The notes beneath the pieces were generated by a model that searched no databases, was not told the origin of the DNA, and saw only the letters and a list, made by a program, of their open reading frames with translations. From NCBI GenBank assembly GCA_944391565.1, contig CALXUB010000004.1, positions 46,180-110,179 of the forward strand: 64,000 nt of DNA, in the 5' to 3' direction. This document shows, one piece after another, positions 27,885 to 36,095 of this stretch. Position 1 is the stretch's first letter, and each line of letters starts with the position of its first letter. The position numbers and the translations under genes were made by a program. Source of the stretch: an uncultured Alphaproteobacteria bacterium. Its GTDB lineage: Bacteria > Pseudomonadota > Alphaproteobacteria > CAAHEQ01 > UBA3637.

Positions 27885-28790
27885 ATGGATAAAATCAAGG
27901 CCGTTATTGTCGGATGGGGAAACGTCGGGCGATTCGTAAAAAGAGCGATTGAGGAGTCTTTGGATATAGAACTGGTCGGTGTGATTCGCCGGTTAAGCTC
28001 TTTAAACAAAACAGTTCCGGAGTTGGAAGGAATTGCCGTGGCTTCTGATCCGGAAGAATTACCGGCTTTTGATGTGGCGATCGTGACGGTTCCGAGCAGG
28101 GAAGCTCCTGATAAGGTCAAGGAGCTGTTGAAAAAGGGTTATGCTTGTGTTGACAGCTTTGATGTGCATGACCAAATTTATGCAACCAAGGAGGCTTTGA
28201 CAAAAATTGCTAAGGCTTCCGGTGCGGTGTCAATTTTCGGTGCGGGCTGGGATCCGGGAACGGACTCGGCTGTGCGTGTTTTAATGCGTATGACGTCTCC
28301 GCTGGGAATGACGACAACGACTTTCGGTGGCCGAAAGGGAGGTCGAAGCATGGGGCACACGGCCGCCGTGAAGGCAATTGCGGGGGTTAAAAATGCAGTC
28401 GCTCTGACATTGCCGAACGGGCGTGGAAAACAAAAACGTCAAGTTTATATTGAATTGGAGGAAGGGGCTGATTTTGAACAGATTACGGATAAAATCCGCC
28501 ATGATCCTTATTTTATAGCAGATCCGACGGATGTTGTGGCGGTCGAAGATATTTCTCCGTTTGACACGTTGAATCATGGAGGTCGGATTGAACGCACGAC
28601 AAATGATGTTGCGGCGCGGTACGAGGTTGAAGGCATCAATCCTTATATGACGGCAAATGTGCTTGTTTCGGCAGCCAGAGCCGCTTACCGCGCTCGTCAA
28701 GCCGGTGATTTCGGCGCTTATACGTTAATTGAACGGCCTTTAGTGGATTATTTGCCCGGTTCTTTGGAAGAACGTTTAAAAGGATATTAG
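27885..28790 (+). CDS. ddh: meso-Diaminopimelate D-dehydrogenase-like NAD(P) oxidoreductase
   Basis: The N-terminal Rossmann motif KAVIVGWGNVGRFVKRAIEE resembles Ddh (VAIVGYGNLGRSVEK). The length is ~300 aa. Confidence 0.6.
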   Translation: MDKIKAVIVGWGNVGRFVKRAIEESLDIELVGVIRRLSSLNKTVPELEGIAVASDPEELPAFDVAIVTVPSREAPDKVKELLKKGYACVDSFDVHDQIYATKEALTKIAKASGAVSIFGAGWDPGTDSAVRVLMRMTSPLGMTTTTFGGRKGGRSMGHTAAVKAIAGVKNAVALTLPNGRGKQKRQVYIELEEGADFEQITDKIRHDPYFIADPTDVVAVEDISPFDTLNHGGRIERTTNDVAARYEVEGINPYMTANVLVSAARAAYRARQAGDFGAYTLIERPLVDYLPGSLEERLKGY

Positions 28791-28792
28791 TT

Positions 28793-29254
28793 TTACTCTT
28801 TGTGATAAGGCTGATGTTGTGCGATGGTGTAGGCCCTGTACAATTGTTCACTTAAGACAGAACGCATCAGCATATGTGGTAATGTCATGCGACCGAAAGA
28901 AAGCAGCAAATCTGCTTTTCCTTTTACTTCTGAACTGTGCCCGTTCGCTCCACCAATTAAAAAGGCAATGTCTCGTGTTCCGTTTTCAGCCCATTTCATC
29001 AATCGTTCGGCAAAATGTTCGGAATTCGGCTCTGTTCCGTTCTCGTCCAAGACCACGATTTTTGCCCCTTTAGGAACAGCGTTCAAAAGTAAAGCTCCTT
29101 CTTTTCGCTTAAGTTCTGCTACGGGTAATTTCTTCTTTTCTTCCAGTTCAATCACCTCTATCGGCCATTGACAGCGTTGAATATAACGACGCAAAATCAG
29201 CTCTTCTTCCGATCCTTTTTTCATTTTGCCGATTGCAATAATCCATAAGTGCAT
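28793..29254 (-). CDS. rlmH: 23S rRNA (pseudouridine1915-N3)-methyltransferase RlmH (SPOUT)
   Basis: The protein MHLWIIAIGKMKKG...IVVLDENG...LIGGANG is ~155 aa and follows the RlmH family pattern. Confidence 0.75.
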   Translation of the reverse strand: MHLWIIAIGKMKKGSEEELILRRYIQRCQWPIEVIELEEKKKLPVAELKRKEGALLLNAVPKGAKIVVLDENGTEPNSEHFAERLMKWAENGTRDIAFLIGGANGHSSEVKGKADLLLSFGRMTLPHMLMRSVLSEQLYRAYTIAQHQPYHKE

Positions 29255-29370
29255 TTGTGCCTCCTGTTTTCAGGCTAAACGAAAATAGCTTAAAAAGCAA
29301 GGCGGCAGTTTTAAAACTTGCAATCCGCAATAAAGAGCGATATACTCCTTTTGCAAAGGAATACAACTCT

Positions 29371-29850
29371 ATGAAAAAAACAAAAGATTTAATCCGACCC
29401 TTGGCTTATCTGATGGCTACTTGGTTTGGCAGCGGTCATGCTCGCATCATGCCGGGAACAATCGGGTCATTGATGACGCTGCCGTTTGTAGCCCTGATGA
29501 TTGGGATGGGTGGTCTTCCGGCTTTGGTCGGTTTTATCGCTTTGACATATTTGGTCGGTTTGTGGGCCGTCCGGCATGTGTTAAAGGAGACCGAACATGA
29601 TCCCGGTTTTGTTGTTATAGATGAAGTTGTCGGTCAGGCGCTGACGTTTGTTTTTGTGAGTTATGCAATGCCGTCTTGGTGGATGTTTTTGGTCGGTTTT
29701 GCGGCGTTTCGTTTCTTTGATATTGTCAAGCTTTGGCCGGCATGTTATTTTGATACAAAAGTTCGGAATGCATCAGGTGTGATGCTGGATGATGTTGTGG
29801 CCGGCGGATATGCCGCGGTTGTTTTATTATTGCTTCAAATGATGAGCTAG
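29371..29850 (+). CDS. pgpA: Phosphatidylglycerophosphatase A
   Basis: It starts MKKTKDLIRPLAYLMATWFGSGHARIMPGTIGSL and follows the PgpA family pattern (FGSG...PGT.GS). The length is ~160 aa. The ORF track's longer upstream start is unlikely. Confidence 0.75.
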   Translation: MKKTKDLIRPLAYLMATWFGSGHARIMPGTIGSLMTLPFVALMIGMGGLPALVGFIALTYLVGLWAVRHVLKETEHDPGFVVIDEVVGQALTFVFVSYAMPSWWMFLVGFAAFRFFDIVKLWPACYFDTKVRNASGVMLDDVVAGGYAAVVLLLLQMMS

Positions 29851-29860
29851 AGAGGAAAAA

Positions 29861-30094
29861 ATGGACGAGAACGAAAATAAAGAACATTTTAAACATGCAA
29901 TCACGCTTTATGCACATGCTAAGGGCTATGCTTTGTCTCCCTTTGCCGATAAGGTGATCAATCGCTGCTTGACGGTCTGCGAAGGAAAATGTCCTTGTGA
30001 CATGTCCCGTGGTTTCTGTCCCTGTGGTGAACATGAAAAAGAAATTGCCGAAATGGGACATTGCCATTGTAATTTGTTTGTTAAAAAAGATTAA
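29861..30094 (+). CDS. Small CPC-x-CPC-x-CHC protein, ferredoxin-thioredoxin reductase catalytic-subunit-like
   Basis: The Cys motif is CEGKCPCDMSRGFCPCGEHEKEIAEMGHCHCNLF. A strong terminator follows. Confidence 0.5.
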   Translation: MDENENKEHFKHAITLYAHAKGYALSPFADKVINRCLTVCEGKCPCDMSRGFCPCGEHEKEIAEMGHCHCNLFVKKD

Positions 30095-30109
30095 AAAACT
30101 TCAGTTTTA

Positions 30110-30140
30110 AAAGCCTCCCGGTGGGAGGCTTTTTTTTTAT
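30110..30140. terminator. Bidirectional rho-independent terminator
   Basis: The hairpin AGCCTCCCGGTGGGAGGCT is followed by TTTTTTTTT. It lies between convergent genes. Confidence 0.8.
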
Positions 30141-31517
30141 TTAAAACAGTTTAAATCCTTTTTCTTGAGTTGATTTTGGAGCATTAAAGGCTTCCACCTG
30201 TTTTTTGGCTTCTTCAATTTCTTCGGCTTTCAGTTGGGGTGTGACAGCCGTTAGTGTTGTTGTCGCCAACTCTTTTAAATCTTCATCAGTTGCCTTTTGT
30301 GCCGTGATTTCAAGCCACTTATAACATTTCACGGGATCTGTGGAAACCACTTGTCCTTCGCAATACATTTTAGCGGTTAGGAAAGCTCCCTCGGCATCAC
30401 CCAGTTCAGCGCCCTGTTCATAAAAGTTCAAAGCCGTTTGCGGATCCTGCAAACGAGTCTCATGGATTTTCCCGAGCCAGGTCAAAGCTTCCGGTCGGCC
30501 GTTTTTGCCCCATTCATTGATTTTGGCTTCAATACCGGACATGTCTTTTTGTTTGATTGCCTGTTCCAATTCATTAGTTCGAATTCCCCATTCAGAACCG
30601 TCGGAAATGACCAATTCGTTTTGTTCTTTTAACTCGCGAATTGTTGCTTCGTCATTATAGCCCGGAACAATCGGCAATGGTTCAGACAATTCGGCAGCCG
30701 GAACACTGTCTTCCGGTTTTGTCGGTTGCCATTTCCGTGCAATTTGCTGACCGATTTGTAAATTTTTTGTATCAGTTATTTTCGCAGCGATTGCATCTCG
30801 TTTTTCGGCCGCCCATGTACCGACATCGTCTGTATTATAAGCCGCCAAAATGCTGTACCATGCATAAGCTTCTACAGCATTATACAAACGCTTGTCTGTT
30901 GAAAGCAAATCAGCCAAGTCTTGTTGAGCCTTGACATAGCCCTGGTTTGCGGAACGAGAGAACCATTTTAAGGCCAATGCGTAGTCTTGCGGAACGCCTC
31001 GACCATACAAGTACAGGATGGCCAACTTGTATTGAGCTTCGGGGTGTCCTTGCAAGGCCGCCATTTTGTAAAATCCGCCGGCATAAACATAGTTTTTTTC
31101 GACATTGTCACCATTCGCGTAAAGCTCACCCAACGCATATTGAGCTTCTTTATCTCCGGCTCTGCCGGCAGTTTTTAATAAAGCAAGACCATCATCAGCA
31201 TTTTTTTCGATGCCATCCCCTTTAATGAGCATGTTTCCAAGCTTGGAAGCTGCGGCTGTATTCCCGGTATTGTAAGCTTTCAGGTAATATTCTGCCGCTT
31301 TGGGGAGTGATTTTTCAATGCCCAACCCTTGTTCATACATCTGTCCCAAATAGTAGGAGGCAACATTGTCCCCTTCATCAGAAAGATAAGAGAACTCTTC
31401 AAAAGCTTGATCGTATTTTTTTTGATCGAAATACTTAATACCGTCTTCCCGACCCGCCCAGGCAGAGGTGGCGATCATTGTTGAACAAAGCAAAGAAAGC
31501 ATTATTTTTTTTAGCAT
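30141..31517 (-). CDS. Secreted Sel1-repeat (TPR-like) protein
   Basis: It has a signal peptide. Multiple Sel1 units are present (YYLGQMYEQGLGIEKSLPKAAEYYLKA; AQYALGELYANGDNVEKNYVYAGGFYKMAA; AQYKLAILYLYGRGVPQDYALALKWFSRSA). Confidence 0.8.
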   Translation of the reverse strand: MLKKIMLSLLCSTMIATSAWAGREDGIKYFDQKKYDQAFEEFSYLSDEGDNVASYYLGQMYEQGLGIEKSLPKAAEYYLKAYNTGNTAAASKLGNMLIKGDGIEKNADDGLALLKTAGRAGDKEAQYALGELYANGDNVEKNYVYAGGFYKMAALQGHPEAQYKLAILYLYGRGVPQDYALALKWFSRSANQGYVKAQQDLADLLSTDKRLYNAVEAYAWYSILAAYNTDDVGTWAAEKRDAIAAKITDTKNLQIGQQIARKWQPTKPEDSVPAAELSEPLPIVPGYNDEATIRELKEQNELVISDGSEWGIRTNELEQAIKQKDMSGIEAKINEWGKNGRPEALTWLGKIHETRLQDPQTALNFYEQGAELGDAEGAFLTAKMYCEGQVVSTDPVKCYKWLEITAQKATDEDLKELATTTLTAVTPQLKAEEIEEAKKQVEAFNAPKSTQEKGFKLF

Positions 31518-31575
31518 AGTTCAGGTCCTTTCAAATTTTTTTCTATTTTATCCTAAAATGATCAGAACGTCCACA

Positions 31576-32523
31576 TTATTTTTTACCTTTTAAATAGCTT
31601 GTCGGATTCAGTGCTTTTGTTCCTTTGCGAATTTCAAAGTGAAGCTGTGGTGTTTTTACATTTCCGGTTGAACCGACTTTCGCAATGGTTTGTCCTTTTT
31701 TAACGGTTTGTCCGCGTTTGACCAAAACCGAATCAGCGTGTGCGTAGGCCGTGATCCAACCATCGCTATGTTTAATCAGCAACAGGTTGCCAAACCCTTT
31801 TAATTCACTGCCGGCATAAGCAATGACACCGTTTTCGGCTGCTTTCACGGGTGTGCCGCGCTGAGCACTGATGTTGATGCCGTCATTATGTTTTCCGCCG
31901 CCCGAAGGACCGTATGAAGAAATGACTTTTCCGTCAACAGGCCAAATAAAATTACCGGTGCGTTTGGGGGTGGGCGGCAATTTTGTGGTGGGCGCTTTTG
32001 TTTTGGGTGACTTTGTTTGAGCTGTTTTAACCGTTGGTTTTGATATCGGTGTTTTTGCGGTATTCGGCGCTGTTTTAGTTGCTGTTTGTGTTGATTTTGT
32101 TTGAGCTGACGATTCTTGCGTTAATGTTGCCGTCGGCAAAACAAGAGTTTGTCCCACCGAAAGTGTCCAAGGTTCTTTTAAGTTGTTTTGACGGGCCAGA
32201 GAATTCAAATCCACCCGATAATGTCGTGAGATGCTGTAAAGGGTATCTCCTTTACGGACTGTGTGAATATGCGCCGGCGGAATGAATAAAAGTTGTCCGA
32301 TTGACAGTTTATAAGGCGGCCTTAAATGATTCATGTCCATAATGGATCGGACGGGAACGTTGTATTTCCGCGAGATAGCATAGACAGTTTCTTTCTTCTC
32401 GACACGATGAAACTGCCCTCTCGTTCGGGAGGAGGGCGGAATAGACACCCAATGTTGTGAACAACATCCCAAAAGAAGGCCGATCATCGCCGTTATGATG
32501 ATTTTTCGAAGCGCTTTCATCAT
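31576..32523 (-). CDS. LysM-domain M23 family metallopeptidase lipoprotein (NlpD-like)
   Basis: The lipobox is LLLGCCS. Two LysM repeats are present (ETVYAISRKYNVPVRSIMDMN; DTLYSISRHYRVDLNSLARQN). A C-terminal M23 domain is present (HNDGINISAQRGTPVKAAENGVIAYAG...GNLLLIKHSDGWITAYAH). Confidence 0.8.
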   Translation of the reverse strand: MMKALRKIIITAMIGLLLGCCSQHWVSIPPSSRTRGQFHRVEKKETVYAISRKYNVPVRSIMDMNHLRPPYKLSIGQLLFIPPAHIHTVRKGDTLYSISRHYRVDLNSLARQNNLKEPWTLSVGQTLVLPTATLTQESSAQTKSTQTATKTAPNTAKTPISKPTVKTAQTKSPKTKAPTTKLPPTPKRTGNFIWPVDGKVISSYGPSGGGKHNDGINISAQRGTPVKAAENGVIAYAGSELKGFGNLLLIKHSDGWITAYAHADSVLVKRGQTVKKGQTIAKVGSTGNVKTPQLHFEIRKGTKALNPTSYLKGKK

Positions 32524-32570
32524 ACCAGATATGATAAGTGTAAAATCTTAAAAAAGAATGAAGAACACCC

Positions 32571-34268
32571 TTAAACGCGGAATAAATGAACTTCCAGCAA
32601 AGGTTTTTTGCCATATTGCTCCGTAATGAAGTGACGAACCGTCAGGCGAACAGCCTCTTTGATTTTTTCATCTTGACGTTTATCCTGTTCATCCAGTGCT
32701 TGTAGAGCTTCATTGATTTTGGTAAATAAAAGCTCTTTGCCGTTATCTGTTTCATCCAGCAAACCAAAAGAAGAAATCTGTGGTTCTCCCAGCATATCGC
32801 CTTGCCGATTGACAACCAACGTTGCAACAACGGTTCCGCCTTCTATCATTTTACGACGTTTTTTTAAGACATCCGCCCCGAGCGATAAGATCTTCTTACC
32901 GTCCACGGCCAGACAACCGACAGGAATTTCACCCAAAATCTCGGGATCTCCGTCGTTCATTTCCAACACATCGCCTTCTTCCAAGGTCATGGCGATGCCG
33001 GCCCCCCATTCTTGAGCCAGCTTTTTATGTTCCAGTACCTGCAACGGATCGCCGTGAACCGGAATGGCAATCTGTGGTTTTAAGTATTGATAGAGCTTTT
33101 GAATGTTATCCTGAGCCGGATGGCCGGACACATGAACCAGAGCATCTTTATCCGTGATTATTTGGCAACCTGTCATCATCAAGCGGCGTTGCAGGCCGGC
33201 AATTGCCAACTCGTTGCCGGGAATGACGCGTGAAGAGAAAATAACGACATCCTGTCCGTTCAACTGCATTTGTCCCGGTATGGGTCTGGGCGAAGCTAAT
33301 TTAGACAAAGCCGAGAAAGGCTCTCCTTGGCTGCCCGTGCAAATATAGACGACTTTGTCTTCGGGCAGCTCCATCGCTTCTTCTTTGGTTAGAAATTCCG
33401 GAATATCTTTCATATAACCAGCAGCGCGGGCGGCGCTGTCGATGCGCCACAAAGAACGCCCCATCAGACAGACTTTTCGGCCGTTTGCCTGTGCTGCCCA
33501 ATAAATACTTTCCATTCGCGTCACGTTCGATGCAAAGCATGTGACAATAATACGACGGGTAAAGTGGGCAAACAAAGTTGTTAAACTGTCGCGAACGTCT
33601 TTTTCCGTTTTGTCTTCATTCGGTGTGAAAATATTGGTCGAGTCGGAAATCAAAGCCAGCACACCTTCCTTGCCGAGACGTTTCAGTTCCTCAATATCCG
33701 CCGGTTCTCCCAACAACGGCGATGATTCAAACTTCCAATCACCGGAATGAACAATGGTTCCCTCTGCCGTTCGGATTGCCAACATATTCGGTTCGGGAAT
33801 GGAATGATTGACCGTAATAAACTCGACCTCAAACGGTCCCAGTTTTAAAACAGAGCCAAGTTCGACAATATGCAAATCAACCCGGGACAGCAGACCAAAT
33901 TCGTTTAATCCGTCTTCAATTAATTCCGCCGTGAAAGGTGTGGCATAAATCGGGCACTGCAAGTCCGGCCACAGGTAAGGGATGGCACCGATATGGTCTT
34001 CATGTCCGTGTGTGACTACCAATCCTACGATATCCTTTTTATGTCGGCTGATAAACGCCGGATCCGGCAGCAAAACTTCCACACCCGGAAAGTTATCACC
34101 CGGAAAACCGATGCCGCAGTCAACAATTAACCACTTTCCTTGATAACCGTATAAAAAGAAATTTAAACCAATGCCTGTAATTCCGCCCAGTGGAACAAAA
34201 ACAAGCGAATCTTTCGGGATGACGACTTCCGTCGTTTGTTCAGTTTCTGTGTTTTGTTTTTTTGTCAT
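32571..34268 (-). CDS. rnj: Ribonuclease J (beta-CASP metallo-beta-lactamase RNase)
   Basis: The HGHEDHIGAIPYL motif is present. The beta-CASP layout and the length (565 aa) are consistent. Its position downstream of birA is conserved in alphaproteobacteria. Confidence 0.8.
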   Translation of the reverse strand: MTKKQNTETEQTTEVVIPKDSLVFVPLGGITGIGLNFFLYGYQGKWLIVDCGIGFPGDNFPGVEVLLPDPAFISRHKKDIVGLVVTHGHEDHIGAIPYLWPDLQCPIYATPFTAELIEDGLNEFGLLSRVDLHIVELGSVLKLGPFEVEFITVNHSIPEPNMLAIRTAEGTIVHSGDWKFESSPLLGEPADIEELKRLGKEGVLALISDSTNIFTPNEDKTEKDVRDSLTTLFAHFTRRIIVTCFASNVTRMESIYWAAQANGRKVCLMGRSLWRIDSAARAAGYMKDIPEFLTKEEAMELPEDKVVYICTGSQGEPFSALSKLASPRPIPGQMQLNGQDVVIFSSRVIPGNELAIAGLQRRLMMTGCQIITDKDALVHVSGHPAQDNIQKLYQYLKPQIAIPVHGDPLQVLEHKKLAQEWGAGIAMTLEEGDVLEMNDGDPEILGEIPVGCLAVDGKKILSLGADVLKKRRKMIEGGTVVATLVVNRQGDMLGEPQISSFGLLDETDNGKELLFTKINEALQALDEQDKRQDEKIKEAVRLTVRHFITEQYGKKPLLEVHLFRV

Positions 34269-34278
34269 ATTTAATCCT

Positions 34279-34953
34279 TTATATCATAAAAACATCACCA
34301 GCCGTGATGTGTCGAATAGTTTTATCTTGTTTTAAAATCAAAGCTCCCGTATCGTCTAAACCTTCAAAAATCCCGTGCAACGTTTCGCGGGGAAGGCGAA
34401 CTTCAATCGGTTTGCCAATACCTGTTGCGTATTCCAACCACTGTTGCCTGACTGTAGAAAACCCCTTTTGTTGAAATAAGTTTATCTCAAAAATCAGATT
34501 TTGTAAAATCTTATTTGCCAGTTCTTTCGCCGACAACACGGCGTTATGGTCTTTTAAACATGTTGTTTGATATAACACAGGGCCTGTCGGAGCCGTTTCA
34601 ATATTGACACCAATGCCGATAATCAATGTGGTATCCGTTGTTTCCAACAAAATACCGCAGATTTTTTTCCCATCTATTAAAATGTCATTCGGCCATTTGA
34701 TCCGGGGAGACAGAAAACCTAACGTTTCTGCAACAGTCAAAGCGGCAATAAAACTGTAAAGTGCCGCATTTGACGGCAAGGGAAGAGTCACGGATAAAAA
34801 AAGATTACCGGATAAACTTTCCCATTTTCGCCCATTGCGTCCTTTGCCGGCAGTTTGCGTTTCTGCCGTCACGGCATGATAGGGCGGCCATTTTTTTGCT
34901 TCTTCGTTTGTGCTGGCGCACTGTTTTAAATGATGAATTTCAAACTCAGGCAT
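34279..34953 (-). CDS. birA: Biotin--[acetyl-CoA-carboxylase] ligase (group I, no HTH)
   Basis: The QCASTNEEA and GKGRNGRKWESLSGNLFLSV motifs match the BirA catalytic core. The length is 224 aa. Confidence 0.8.
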   Translation of the reverse strand: MPEFEIHHLKQCASTNEEAKKWPPYHAVTAETQTAGKGRNGRKWESLSGNLFLSVTLPLPSNAALYSFIAALTVAETLGFLSPRIKWPNDILIDGKKICGILLETTDTTLIIGIGVNIETAPTGPVLYQTTCLKDHNAVLSAKELANKILQNLIFEINLFQQKGFSTVRQQWLEYATGIGKPIEVRLPRETLHGIFEGLDDTGALILKQDKTIRHITAGDVFMI

Positions 34954-35641
34954 GTTTTTTGATTTTATGAATGGACAGGAAAAATAAACGAAGTTTGATA
35001 GCGATCCCCAATCCCATTAACAGAACAGCCGACAGGAGAATCGGATCTGCTTGTGATGACTGAGCCAGCATTTTTTGAACACCCGAAAGACTTACATTGC
35101 CCGAAATAGCATATAGAATGGAAAGCCCCCATGCAAACGCCGCTAAAGACAGCATTCCTTCTTTTATTAAAATCAACAGAGCTTCCCGATCCTTAACTTT
35201 CATAAAGAAAAGAATGAAAAAGCTGAGTTGAAAACCTTCCAAAGCAACGAAAAGTGTCAGTAAATCCCGTGAAATCGCCATTAAAATAAAGGAGCCGAAA
35301 GGCAGGGCATAAAAAAGACGAGATTGTGTCGCCTTGGGTTTCCGATTCAAAAAAGCTAACTCAACCGTTATTTCACAAAAGACAGTCAGTAGAACAAAAC
35401 CGGCCAAGACCATTCCGTTTGTGTCTGAAGAAAAAAGGCTGCCGTTTGCAAAGTTCATTAAAATACCGGCCGTCAACAGGGCATGAAAAAAAAGAATGCG
35501 ACGAAGAGAGATACTGAACAGAAAGCCAAATGTGCCGACCGCGCTCAGCAAAAAGGCCATGCCTAAAGATAATACAAACGGATTATACACGCACGTATCT
35601 GTCATCAGGCAGGTCTTTAAGTGAGAGAACAGATCAAGCAT
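34946..35641 (-). pseudogene. nuoN: Truncated NADH-quinone oxidoreductase subunit N (only N-terminal ~230 of ~480 aa)
   Basis: LLTLFVALEGFQLSFFILF...LSLAAFAWGLSILYAISGNVSL...ILLSAVLLMGLGIAIKLRLFFLSIH aligns by eye with E. coli NuoN HLASLFLGIELISLPLF...[25 protein letters not shown]...[25 protein letters not shown]. The ORF stops right at the conserved GFKL..VPFH.W position and birA follows immediately. Confidence 0.55.
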
Positions 35642-36095
35642 GTTTTTTGCCTCCCTTTTTGCGTTTTATCCGTTGAAAACCAAGCCAAATCAGATTTCCC
35701 GCCGCAAGAACAAACATAGCCGCGAAGAAAAAGGCTGCTCTGGGGTACGTGTGTGTTATGCCGTACCATAAAGCCTGTAAACGTGTTTCGGCAATCGGCA
35801 GTGGTAATAAAGCTGCGCTGGTGCGAATGCTTTGCATGCAGTTAATGCATTTAATGCTTTGAAGATAAAGAACGAGCACATATCCTAAAGCCGCTAAAAA
35901 TATCAAGGTTAAAATAATTTTCGGGAAAGCAAATACAATTTTATTTAAAACCGGCTCTTTTTTGACACGATAGGCAAAAATAAAAATAATCAATTCAGCC
36001 AAAAGAAAAAAACTGCCGATAAACGGAGCTCCCATCAAAAGAAACAGTCCGCTTAAAAGAACTCCGCAAAAAGCCAAAAGAATATTTTCCGTCAT
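35634..36095 (-). CDS. Small membrane protein (4 TM), unknown; possibly another respiratory-complex remnant
   Basis: It has hydrophobic helices and ends in a basic tail (KRKKGGKKHA). I recognise no family. Confidence 0.35.
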   Translation of the reverse strand: MTENILLAFCGVLLSGLFLLMGAPFIGSFFLLAELIIFIFAYRVKKEPVLNKIVFAFPKIILTLIFLAALGYVLVLYLQSIKCINCMQSIRTSAALLPLPIAETRLQALWYGITHTYPRAAFFFAAMFVLAAGNLIWLGFQRIKRKKGGKKHA

